Below, one piece after another: positions 56,008 through 64,000 of a DNA stretch of 64,000 bases. The notes beneath the pieces were generated by a model that did not search any database, had not been told where the DNA came from, and saw only the letters and a program-made list of their open reading frames with translations. Numbering within the stretch: position 1 is the stretch's first letter; every line of letters starts with the position of its first letter. The stretch comes from Bacillota bacterium (lineage in GTDB: Bacteria; Bacillota; Sulfobacillia; JABLXB01). Where the stretch lies: NCBI GenBank assembly GCA_013178305.1, contig JABLXB010000001.1, positions 140,203 to 204,202 of the forward strand, in the 5' to 3' direction. The position numbers were made by a program, and so were the translations under genes.

Positions 56008-56823
56008 ATGACCGAAAGAAAGACGCTGGACAAAGTCACACTACGGAAGTCGTTCCTGTGCTGGCTATTCTTCCTGCAGACAAACTACAACTTCGAGCGC
56101 CTGCAGTCGCTCGGCATATGCCATTCCATGATTCCGGTGCTCACCAGGCTCTACCAGAAGAAAGAGGACCTGGTCGCCGCCCTGAAGCGTCACCTCACGT
56201 TCTTCAACACCGAACCCACGTGGGGCTCCATGATACCCGGCCTCTGCGCCGCCCTTGAAGAGGAGAGGGCTAACGACCAGCCGATATCGGACGAGATGAT
56301 CAACTCCCTCAAGACCGCGCTCATGGGGCCGCTGGCAGGCATCGGTGACACCATTACCCAGGGCCTGATGAAGACCGTCTTCCTCGCGATCGGCATCGAC
56401 CTCGCCATCAAGGGCAACGCGATGGGCCCCGTGATCTTCTTCCTTCTCATGAGCGGGTATGCCATCGGCGTGAGCTGGTTCATGTTCTACACCGGCTACA
56501 GGCTCGGCAAGAACGCGATACAGCAGATGCTCCAGAGCAACATCCTAGATCGGGTGACGTCGGCGCTGTCAGTGCTCGGGCTCATGGTGACCGGAGCGCT
56601 TGCCGCGGGCCGCGTAAGCCTCCAGACCCCGGTCAAGTTCACCATCGGGAAGACGGCGGTCGCGCTGCAGCCGATCCTGAACCAGATCATGCCCGGCCTG
56701 CTCGGGTTGGCGTTTCTCCTCATCGTGTGGCAGTGGCTGAGGAAGGGCGTCTCTCCGGTCAGGGTGATCGGCTACATCTTCGCGATCGGGTTCGCGTGCA
56801 GCCTGCTCAAGATACTGGCGTAG
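56008..56823 (+). CDS. PTS mannose-family EIID component
   Basis: SFLCWLFFLQTNYNFERLQSLGICHSMIPVL is a typical IID N-terminus. Confidence 0.85.
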   Translation: MTERKTLDKVTLRKSFLCWLFFLQTNYNFERLQSLGICHSMIPVLTRLYQKKEDLVAALKRHLTFFNTEPTWGSMIPGLCAALEEERANDQPISDEMINSLKTALMGPLAGIGDTITQGLMKTVFLAIGIDLAIKGNAMGPVIFFLLMSGYAIGVSWFMFYTGYRLGKNAIQQMLQSNILDRVTSALSVLGLMVTGALAAGRVSLQTPVKFTIGKTAVALQPILNQIMPGLLGLAFLLIVWQWLRKGVSPVRVIGYIFAIGFACSLLKILA

Positions 56824-56826
56824 GGA

Positions 56827-57630
56827 GTGAAGCGATTGGATTTCGGGAAAGTGTTCGGCACTGAGAAGCCCATCATAGGGCTGGTCCACCTCCCACCGCT
56901 GCCGGGGGCGCCAAAGTTCGAGGCTGGAACCAGGATGAAGGACCTGGTGAAGACGGCGGTCAAGGACGCGAAGGCTCTCAAGGAAGCCGGCTTTGACGCG
57001 ATGATCTTCGCCAACGAGGGTGACTACCCGTACTCCAACCCGGTCGGGCTCGAGACTGTGGCTGCGTACGCGCGTATAGCCACCGAAGTGATAGACAAGG
57101 TCAAGATGCCGTACGGCGTCGGCTGCCTGATCGACCCCAAGGCGACGTTCGCCCTCGCGAGAGCGCTCGACGCCCAGTTCGTCAGGACGTACATGTCCGG
57201 TGTGTTCGCCAGCCTGTTCGGACTCGAGGTGTTCAACCCAGGCGACATCGCGCGCTACATCAAGAGCATAGATGCGGGTTCGATCCCAATGTTCTTGAAC
57301 CTCACGCCGCACGCCGGCACATCACTCGACAAGCGCGAGTTCCTATCGCTGATAGACGGGGCCCTGTTCATGCTCGGGCCCGAGGTCGTGCTGATGCCAG
57401 GCCCGCGCGCGGGGCTCCCGCCGGACCTCGCGCTGCTCAAGGAGGCCAAGAAGAGATATCCCAAGGTGAAGATCATGGTCTCCAGCGGCGTAACTCCGGC
57501 CAACGTCAAAGAGGCGCTGGAGTACGGAGACGGCATACTCGTCGGGACCAACGTCAAAGTCGACGGCTACATCTTCAACCCGATCGACCCGGCGAGGTGC
57601 GAGGCGTTAATGAAAGCCGCGGGGCGGTAA
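56827..57630 (+). CDS. sgcQ: BtpA/SgcQ family TIM-barrel protein
   Basis: IIGLVHLPPLPGAP N-terminus and GADAMIFANEGD, typical of BtpA/SgcQ. Last gene of the PTS operon. Confidence 0.7.
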   Translation: MKRLDFGKVFGTEKPIIGLVHLPPLPGAPKFEAGTRMKDLVKTAVKDAKALKEAGFDAMIFANEGDYPYSNPVGLETVAAYARIATEVIDKVKMPYGVGCLIDPKATFALARALDAQFVRTYMSGVFASLFGLEVFNPGDIARYIKSIDAGSIPMFLNLTPHAGTSLDKREFLSLIDGALFMLGPEVVLMPGPRAGLPPDLALLKEAKKRYPKVKIMVSSGVTPANVKEALEYGDGILVGTNVKVDGYIFNPIDPARCEALMKAAGR

Positions 57631-57660
57631 CCTGCTCGGTAAGCTATGCTGAGTGTAATC

Positions 57661-57688
57661 GAAGCACCACGGTAGACCGTGGTGCTTC
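57661..57688 (+). terminator. hairpin after the PTS operon (12-bp perfect stem GAAGCACCACGG / CCGTGGTGCTTC, 4-nt loop)
   Basis: Read directly. The following tract (GTCACTTATGG) is only moderately U-rich. Confidence 0.4.
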
Positions 57689-57800
57689 GTCACTTATGGA
57701 AGCCGTAAGTATTGTCGTCTGTGCTCACAGGTGCGAGGGTAGAGATGGTGGGTGATTGCTAGGACTTCCAATTATGGTAGAATTGAATAGGGTGAGCGTT

Positions 57801-59090
57801 ATGAAAACTGACAAAACCCTACCTATTAGGAAATCATATGAATTCTTTCTGGAAAGACACAAGACGGGTATTCCTTTTACGCTTGAAGAGATTCAGTGTG
57901 CTACCGGGTGGCGTCGTAACACCGTCAGAACCTATGTGACAAAGAAATGGGACGGCTTTCTTACGAGGAACGGTGGGCAGTATGTCGTGGCACAGCCCTT
58001 GCCCTACACGGAAGAGGAGTACGTCCGCCTGATGTCTCAGAAGCAGGCCTTAAGCAGAGACCCGCGTAAACCGGACTTTCCCTTGGAAACCGAACGCTTA
58101 GTAGCAAAAGCAAGAGAAGCCGCGGTGCTAGCCCTCGATATCTATAATCGCCCGGGAACGCTGTTCCGAACGCAGGGTTTCATCGTAATGATGGTTATCG
58201 CTTGGACCGCTCTGTTTCATGCTGTTTTTGAGAAACGAGGCATATCGTACATATACGAGAAAGATGGCTCCCCGGTAGTTGTAGATGGCGACCCCAAGGC
58301 ATGGGGCATTGGGGATTGTATGGATCGCTATTTCGGCTCGTCGAATTCGCCCATAAGGCGCAACCTCGATTTCATCATCGGACTCCGGAACAAGATCGAA
58401 CACAGGTATGTTCCAGCAATCGATCCACACGTAGGAGGCGAGTGTCAGGCGCTTTTGATGAACTTCGATGACCTGCTTACGAGCGAATTTGGCGACTACT
58501 ACGCCCTGCGAGAAACCATGTCTGTGCCTCTCCAAACCTCGACTATCCGCCCGCAAGGACAGATGGAAGCCATGAAGCGGTTTCAAGGTAAGCAATATGA
58601 TGAGATCAAGGACTACATTGACGGTTTCAGAGCGGAACTGCCGACCGAAGTCTATCAGGATCCTCGATTCAGTTTTCGAGTCTACCTGGTGCCGCGAATT
58701 GGCAATCACGAGAGTTCGTCGGACCTAGCGATCGAGTTCCTGAAGTACGATCCCTCTAACCCGGAATTCCTTGACGTTACCAGGAAAATCGCACTCATAC
58801 GGGATCGCAGAGTGGAGGTTCTGAACCGAGGAAAATTCCGGCCGTCAACTGTCGCTCAGATAGTCGCGAAGAAGATCGGCCGCCCGTTCAGCATACATAA
58901 CCACACGCAAGCTTGGAAGCTCTTCGGCGTAAGGAAACCGGGCGAAGATCCGGCAGGGTGCAAAACGGAGTACTGTCAGTTTGACGAGCCTCACAGCGAC
59001 TATATCTACACGCAAAAGTGGATAGATTTCCTGGTCCTCAAACTGTCCGACGAGCAGGAATACAATCGGGTCGTCTCCTTCAAGTGGTGA
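57801..59090 (+). CDS. hypothetical protein in an AT-rich island; the central region contains an Abi/HEPN-like R-x4-H motif (GLRNKIEHRY)
   Basis: ATG 57801 with an AGGGTGAG RBS. About 50% GC against about 65% in flanks. Motif RNKIEHR, followed by conserved acidic/aromatic residues. Confidence 0.6.
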   Translation: MKTDKTLPIRKSYEFFLERHKTGIPFTLEEIQCATGWRRNTVRTYVTKKWDGFLTRNGGQYVVAQPLPYTEEEYVRLMSQKQALSRDPRKPDFPLETERLVAKAREAAVLALDIYNRPGTLFRTQGFIVMMVIAWTALFHAVFEKRGISYIYEKDGSPVVVDGDPKAWGIGDCMDRYFGSSNSPIRRNLDFIIGLRNKIEHRYVPAIDPHVGGECQALLMNFDDLLTSEFGDYYALRETMSVPLQTSTIRPQGQMEAMKRFQGKQYDEIKDYIDGFRAELPTEVYQDPRFSFRVYLVPRIGNHESSSDLAIEFLKYDPSNPEFLDVTRKIALIRDRRVEVLNRGKFRPSTVAQIVAKKIGRPFSIHNHTQAWKLFGVRKPGEDPAGCKTEYCQFDEPHSDYIYTQKWIDFLVLKLSDEQEYNRVVSFKW

Positions 59091-59156
59091 AGCGGACGCA
59101 CACACCCGTGAGCCGAGCGGTAACGGGGTAGTAGCGTGGGAGGGGCCGGCAAACAA

Positions 59157-59459
59157 ATGGACGATATCTCGGTTCGACGATGGCTTAGAGAAAACGGCTA
59201 CGAAGATGTTGCAGAAATGATAGACGCTGTCATCGCTGAATGGCAGGCTGCTGGAAACAAGACCAGACGCAACTGGTGGTTGGTCTTGGCTGGCGGCAGG
59301 AACGGAAAACCACGGAGAATAATGGGGCGGGTATTCCCGGTACTAAAGGTTGCCCAAGTCAGACAGGGCATCCCGGTCACATCCAACGCCATCTCACGGA
59401 CAGTTGACGAGAAAGCCCCCAGGATTAAGCCGACTAACCGCTGGCCGAAACCGAAGTAG
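59157..59459 (+). CDS. hypothetical small basic protein in the same AT-rich island
   Basis: ORF in the track (59136 frame) with Arg/Lys/Trp-rich composition. It lies in the same low-GC stretch. Confidence 0.35.
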   Translation: MDDISVRRWLRENGYEDVAEMIDAVIAEWQAAGNKTRRNWWLVLAGGRNGKPRRIMGRVFPVLKVAQVRQGIPVTSNAISRTVDEKAPRIKPTNRWPKPK

Positions 59460-59510
59460 ACCATTGTCAGGAGTCCGGACTCTTCTAGGTCTTCCTAGTC
59501 ATACAACTTT

Positions 59511-60527
59511 CTACGGCTTCACCATTAGGCATCCGACGAACCCCTTGATGCTGTTGTTGATGAACGACACTTCCCGCGCCTTGACGCCCCCCGCAAACCG
59601 GTGAAACATCTCGAGGTGCCTGTCTTCGTTCAGCAGGTTCCTGAACACGGCGGAGATGGTCTCGTCAGGCGAAGCGCCGGCGGTACGCTGCTCGTCCAGC
59701 GTCCGTGCGGCCACCGACTTCCACAGCCCAAGCTGCTTCCTGTGGAGGTCCATCAGAAACCCGGGCCTCCTCGAATACCCGAAGTGACCGTAGCACATGA
59801 CCGAAGCCTCATGGTTCCGCAGCTCCTCCACCGACCGCACGCTCACGTCGTAGAAAAACCTCGGGGGGGTCGCCGGCCTGATGTACGGGAGGAAGTCCTC
59901 GCCGTCCTCCTCAGGCGGGCCGCCCCCTTCCCACGTGTATAGCCCGAGCGCCTCCCCCGCGAACATTACCTTCTCGTCCCCGAGGTCGTAGATGAACGAG
60001 AAGTGATGGGGCGCGTGGCCCGGCGTTTCAATCACCCGGAGGCCTTCCACGGAGGAGCCGTCAGGCCGGAGGTTACCCGCCGGGACCGGAGCTATCGGGC
60101 CGTACGCACTCGCCAGTTCCCGCAGCGTTTGAATGCTCGCCTGCATGAGCCGGGATGGCTCGATCAGGTGCGGGTGGCCCTTGGGGTGGGCGATGACCAT
60201 CGCCTCCGGGTGGTACGCCAGGAAATCGCCGAGACCGCCCATGTGGTCGATGTGCGCGTGGGTCAGCAAGACGTAGTCGACCCGGTTCACGCCCAGAGCC
60301 TTCAGACCGGAAACGAGGTCCGGCACCGTCGCGGCAGGGCCGACGTCAACAACGGTGTTCTTACCCCTCGCGGCGTCGACGATGACCCACGGGGTTATGA
60401 AATGGTCAAGCCCAGGTACTACCGGCGGCATATCGAGCCTGTAGAGGGCTCCTCCCCGTGTCTCCAAAACCTCGACTGCGGACGGCAGGCCTGCCGTGGT
60501 CCGGAATTGACTGTTCACGAAATCCAC
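59511..60527 (-). CDS. MBL-fold metallo-hydrolase
   Basis: VLLTHAHIDHMGG is the HxHxDH zinc motif; 338 aa. Confidence 0.8.
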   Translation of the reverse strand: MDFVNSQFRTTAGLPSAVEVLETRGGALYRLDMPPVVPGLDHFITPWVIVDAARGKNTVVDVGPAATVPDLVSGLKALGVNRVDYVLLTHAHIDHMGGLGDFLAYHPEAMVIAHPKGHPHLIEPSRLMQASIQTLRELASAYGPIAPVPAGNLRPDGSSVEGLRVIETPGHAPHHFSFIYDLGDEKVMFAGEALGLYTWEGGGPPEEDGEDFLPYIRPATPPRFFYDVSVRSVEELRNHEASVMCYGHFGYSRRPGFLMDLHRKQLGLWKSVAARTLDEQRTAGASPDETISAVFRNLLNEDRHLEMFHRFAGGVKAREVSFINNSIKGFVGCLMVKP

Positions 60528-60648
60528 CTCTCATCGATCTAGGCCCTACATCCCTATTCGACGGCAATTCCCCGCCCCTCCTGTGACCGGCAGACGGGGT
60601 CACCGTCGTTCCGTTCTCGTCCGTGTAGGAAAAAAGCCCTGAACTCCT

Positions 60649-60943
60649 TCATCCTCGTGAAGCGCCGGTTCTGGATAATGGTTCTGTCGCCTTCCAGCGC
60701 GCACCGGCCGCGCACGCCTCAAGGCACAGCCAGCATTTCTCCGGGCAGAGGTCCTCCTCGCACAATGGGTCCGGCTCGAGCGGCAGGCCGGTGATGATCG
60801 AGACGAGATCGACGCGGTTCCCGTACTTGGGGGTTATGCCAAGGGAGTTCTTGCCCGGCACGCCAAGCCCGGCCACTGCCGCGGCGTGGCGATGTTTCCC
60901 TGGGGGTGGGCAACCTGGACTGCGGCCATGCTACACCCTCCAC
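60649..60943 (-). pseudogene. remnant of an epoxyqueuosine-reductase (QueG) / reductive-dehalogenase-like Fe-S gene, fragmented over two frames
   Basis: The fragment GKNSLGITPKYGNRVDLVSIITGLPLEPDPLCEEDLCPEKCWLCLEACAAG resembles the QueG/RdhA C-terminal GKNSL...CxxCxxCxxxCP region. Only about 100 codons survive and there is no room for a full-length gene. Confidence 0.3.
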
Positions 60944-61090
60944 GGCATCCAGTCAATGAGGGTGTTCTTTGCCTGTGATGTTCTTTGCCATGCTCGCCTT
61001 CCGTCCCTCAATTGATGCGCTCCAGAACTCGCTCTTCACGGACATGTTTCTCAGGGGGAACAATGTCGAAAAGGGACGCTACGCAGGAAG

Positions 61091-61807
61091 TTATGGGCCC
61101 TGATCTGACAGCAGCTTCCGTGCGGTTCTCACGCTCCTGTCCCACAACTCGCCAAAACGGCGCTGCCACTCCCGTGAGACCGAGGAGATGGCAATCCCCC
61201 GTGCATGCAACTCCGCCACCTTGTCGCTATCCGGGATGCACATCAGTACCGGAAGCCCTTTGGCCTGGCAGTAGTCCAGTGGTTCGCGAGTCCCCAGGTC
61301 GTACCGGTTAACCACAACACCGTACGGCATGCCGAGCGGCCTGAGCATCTCCAGAGCGTTGGTCAGGTCATTCAAACCGGATGGCGTTGCCTCAATCACC
61401 AGAATGCAGAATTGACACCCCTTGACCGATTCAACGGCGGGCTCCGATACCCCGCCAGGGCAATCGAGGACTGTGGCGTCGCCCGTCCACGATGATTCCT
61501 TGATCTGCCTTATCAACAGCGACGGCGCCGCTTGGCCCGGAGTCAGCCTGCCCTGCACAATCGCTATGCCGGATCGAACCCCCCGGCATATCTCACCTAT
61601 TCTTCTCGGGGTACAGTCCGGCGCTGGCACTACAACATCACGCATAACCTCCCAGGCCGGGTTCATGAGTAAATGGACGGCCGGGTTCTCCACATTGCAG
61701 TCAACGAGGCAGATCGGCAGTCCGCGCATGCCCAGCGCCACGGCTATGTTTACAGCAACAGTCGTTTTCCCAGCCCGATCCCGACCGCCCGCAACGCAGA
61801 CCCTCAC
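61091..61807 (-). CDS. MinD/ParA/CooC-superfamily P-loop ATPase
   Basis: Walker A VAGGRDRAGKTTVAVNIAVAL; 238 aa. Confidence 0.6.
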   Translation of the reverse strand: MRVCVAGGRDRAGKTTVAVNIAVALGMRGLPICLVDCNVENPAVHLLMNPAWEVMRDVVVPAPDCTPRRIGEICRGVRSGIAIVQGRLTPGQAAPSLLIRQIKESSWTGDATVLDCPGGVSEPAVESVKGCQFCILVIEATPSGLNDLTNALEMLRPLGMPYGVVVNRYDLGTREPLDYCQAKGLPVLMCIPDSDKVAELHARGIAISSVSREWQRRFGELWDRSVRTARKLLSDQGP

Positions 61808-61926
61808 GGCCCCTCACCTCGCAAACCGGGGCGGGCCGCCATGTGCCCGGCAGCCTGCCCGCGTTTTACCCCGTCTTTCTTCCAGATGGAGCCGCACCTG
61901 CCGCACGGTATCGCGCATGCCGTTCG

Positions 61927-62451
61927 CTACACCGACCTGCGCCGGACCCAGACCCTCAGGGCGGGAGCCCAGAGAGAGTGAACGGCGGCGCCCAACCCCC
62001 TCCTCATGCTTACATCCTCGTCTTCGATGACCTGAACATCCATGAAACCTGCGGACAGGTCCGGGCCCAGACCGGTAACCTCGACCAGCATCCGGGGAAG
62101 GGCGCCATTTATCCTGGAGACGATGGATTCAAGCGCCGCCGTGCGGCATGCGACGCTGACTATCAACACCACGGGGAACGACGCGGACCCACAATCGTTC
62201 CCTTCCAGACCCAGGACGTAAGCTTCGCTGATGTTCCCATCCAGTGCCGCCACGGAATCCGCCAGATTATGCGCGCACGAGTAGGCGAAGTATCCCAGGG
62301 CCCACTCGTCATGAGCCGCCAGCCTGGAAAGAAGCGCATCCACGCCGGCGCAACCCGCCTTCTCGACCGCAAACTGCAGGCCTTGCCTGACCGCTGCCTC
62401 TACGATGCCTTCCACGTTGATCGAAACCACATTCTCCAATGGAATTGCCAT
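61927..62451 (-). CDS. hypothetical Cys-containing protein
   Basis: ORF in the track downstream of the MinD-like gene; no confident family. Confidence 0.4.
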   Translation of the reverse strand: MAIPLENVVSINVEGIVEAAVRQGLQFAVEKAGCAGVDALLSRLAAHDEWALGYFAYSCAHNLADSVAALDGNISEAYVLGLEGNDCGSASFPVVLIVSVACRTAALESIVSRINGALPRMLVEVTGLGPDLSAGFMDVQVIEDEDVSMRRGLGAAVHSLWAPALRVWVRRRSV

Positions 62452-62476
62452 CGATCTCCAACCTCCTCATCAACAC

Positions 62477-63748
62477 TCAAGCAGCCAGGGAGAAGCGGGC
62501 AAGGGCCGCTTCGGCCACTCTCTTTATCCCGAGCATGTAGGCCGCTATTCGCAAGGAACATCCCATTTCGCTCGAGACGGCCCAAACCTCACCGCAGGCC
62601 TTTCCCATCAGGTCCTCGAGCCTCGCCATTACGTCACCGAGCGACCATTGCAGGCACTGAAGGTTCTGGACCCATTCGAAATAAGACACCATCACCCCGC
62701 CGGCATTAGCCAGAATGTCAGGGACAACGACTACGCCCTTGCCATTCAGGATTTCGTCGGCACCAAAGGTAGTGGGGCCATTTGCTCCCTCGACAATGAT
62801 CCTGGCTCTCACGTCGCCGGCGTTGGATTCCGTTAATTGGGCCTCAACCGCCGCAGGGATGAGTACGTCGACGTCCAGGGTAAGGATCTCATCCCCTGTG
62901 ATCTGGCGGACGCCCGCTGATTCATACCCCTCCAGTAACCCGGATGTCGTACTCGACACGTAGCCCAAAAGATCCGGGATATCGAAACCTCCCTTGAGAT
63001 AAATGGCCTCCGAGACATCGCTCACTGCAACGATCCTGCAACCGGCATCGTGAAGGAACTTCGCCGCCCACGACCCAACCTTGCCGAAGCCCTGGATTGC
63101 CACCGTACACCCTGCGGGGTTCTTCCCTGCCCTGCGGAGCGCGTGCAGTGCGACAGACGCGACGCCGCGCCCGGTTGCCTCTCTTCGCCCATGTGAACCG
63201 CCCAGCACCAACGGCTTGCCCGTAACGCTCGCCCGTGACCAGACGGCTCCGCCCTGAGCCAGTTCATCGACGATCCAGGACATGACTCTCTCATCCGTAT
63301 TCACGTCTGGAGCAGGAATATCCACCTGAGGCCCGATGAGTGGACCCATCATTCTCGCATAGTTCCTGGTCAATTGCTCCAGTTCAGGTTTCGACATACT
63401 CCTGGGGTCACAGGAAATGCCACCTTTGGCTCCTCCATAGGGTAGGCCGACTACGGAGCATTTCCATGTCATTAGCGCGGCAAGAGCCCTTACCTCGTCC
63501 AGGTCCACACTGACGTGATACCTGATCCCCCCCTTGTAGGGGCCCCGAACGCTGGAGTGCTGCACGCGATAACCCTGGAATGTCCTCAGAGTCCCATCGT
63601 CCATGACAACGGGGACTGTGACTGCGACCTCCCTCTCCGGGGAGGCGAGGAGGGTACGGAGACCCGGATCGAGCCCCAATTTTGTGACGGCGCTCTCATA
63701 AGCCAGGTTGACGCTTTCCATAAGGGCATTACCAGCCAGACCGATCAC
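62477..63748 (-). CDS. gdhA: Glu/Leu/Phe/Val dehydrogenase family (glutamate dehydrogenase-like)
   Basis: Catalytic-lysine region LPYGGAKGG and Rossmann motif GFGKVGSWAA; 423 aa. Confidence 0.85.
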   Translation of the reverse strand: MIGLAGNALMESVNLAYESAVTKLGLDPGLRTLLASPEREVAVTVPVVMDDGTLRTFQGYRVQHSSVRGPYKGGIRYHVSVDLDEVRALAALMTWKCSVVGLPYGGAKGGISCDPRSMSKPELEQLTRNYARMMGPLIGPQVDIPAPDVNTDERVMSWIVDELAQGGAVWSRASVTGKPLVLGGSHGRREATGRGVASVALHALRRAGKNPAGCTVAIQGFGKVGSWAAKFLHDAGCRIVAVSDVSEAIYLKGGFDIPDLLGYVSSTTSGLLEGYESAGVRQITGDEILTLDVDVLIPAAVEAQLTESNAGDVRARIIVEGANGPTTFGADEILNGKGVVVVPDILANAGGVMVSYFEWVQNLQCLQWSLGDVMARLEDLMGKACGEVWAVSSEMGCSLRIAAYMLGIKRVAEAALARFSLAA

Positions 63749-64000
63749 CCCCGACCTGTGACGTCAATGAAACCGGTTCCGGTCCAATAATAACGGCAGG
63801 ACCGTGAAAACCGCATAAAAAGGCCACGGGTCGACGTAAAAAAGGCGTGAAAAACCGGGAAATGAGGAAAGGAATCTGGTGGTGGACAGGCTCAGGCGGT
63901 GCTGGGCGCGGCAAAGGAGTACCCGATGCCAGGGCTCGATAGAATGATCCTGGGGTTTGAAGGATCAACCTCGATTTTCAGCCGGAGGTGGCGAATGTAC

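Noticed and set aside
63729-63968. 79-aa minus-strand ORF overlapping the gdh start
   Set aside because: It overlaps the 5' end of a well-supported gene, is low-complexity and has no RBS.
1-64000. Prophage, integrase, transposase or IS elements flanking the low-GC segments
   Set aside because: No integrase/transposase-like ORF, terminal inverted repeats of IS type or tRNA attachment site could be recognised. The islands are therefore called only on composition and gene content.

Overview
This is a GC-rich (~63-66%) bacterial chromosomal segment with Firmicutes/Clostridia-type gene content: a pdu BMC locus, SigI/RsgI, a sigma-54 LevR-regulated mannose-family PTS, and copper-amine-oxidase-N-like surface proteins. 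The taxon is inferred from gene content only. Features from left to right: (1) a 1,2-propanediol utilisation microcompartment locus on the minus strand, pduU-pduV-pduA-pduB-pduCDE-pduG, running off the left edge; (2) a PocR-sensor histidine kinase plus CheY-AraC response regulator immediately upstream, a likely propanediol-sensing two-component system; (3) a cluster of two octopine-DH-family dehydrogenase paralogs and a permease-like membrane protein, flanked by a conspicuously low-GC PAS/sigma-54 activator gene, with a near-consensus sigma-54 promoter (TGGCAT-N5-TTGCA) in front of the first dehydrogenase; (4) pduL-pduW (phosphotransacylase and acyl kinase) detached 10 kb from the rest of the pdu genes, next to an orphan carbamate kinase; (5) a CopA-type P1B ATPase with a CsoR-operator-like palindrome, and a VapBC pair; (6) a sigI / rsgI locus that is split by an inserted gene and flanked by a second paralog, both encoding secreted copper-amine-oxidase-N-domain proteins, with two nearly identical bidirectional SigI-type promoter modules (TTGGGGGGTACCCACC core) driving all four genes; (7) a korDABC-type 2-oxoacid:ferredoxin oxidoreductase plus phosphate butyryltransferase; (8) fur-family regulator plus cbiM(N)QO Co/Ni ECF transporter; (9) ldh, subtilase, L,D-transpeptidase, ybaB, patatin, nifS-thiI, osmC, hsp20; (10) an operon of two ICMT-family membrane methyltransferases translationally coupled to a 1139-aa multi-BNR-repeat secreted protein; (11) a LevR-type regulator and a mannose-family PTS (IIA-IIB-IIC-IID-SgcQ/BtpA) whose IIA gene has no canonical start codon upstream of its phospho-His; (12) a ~1.8 kb AT-rich (about 50% GC) two-gene island encoding a large protein with an Abi/HEPN-like RNKIEHR motif plus a small basic protein, inserted between the PTS terminator and an MBL-fold hydrolase gene, which is the best candidate for an undescribed (defence or toxin-like) system in the window; (13) a QueG/RdhA-like gene remnant, a MinD-like ATPase and glutamate dehydrogenase. 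No rRNA, tRNA, CRISPR array, transposase or integrase was recognised.
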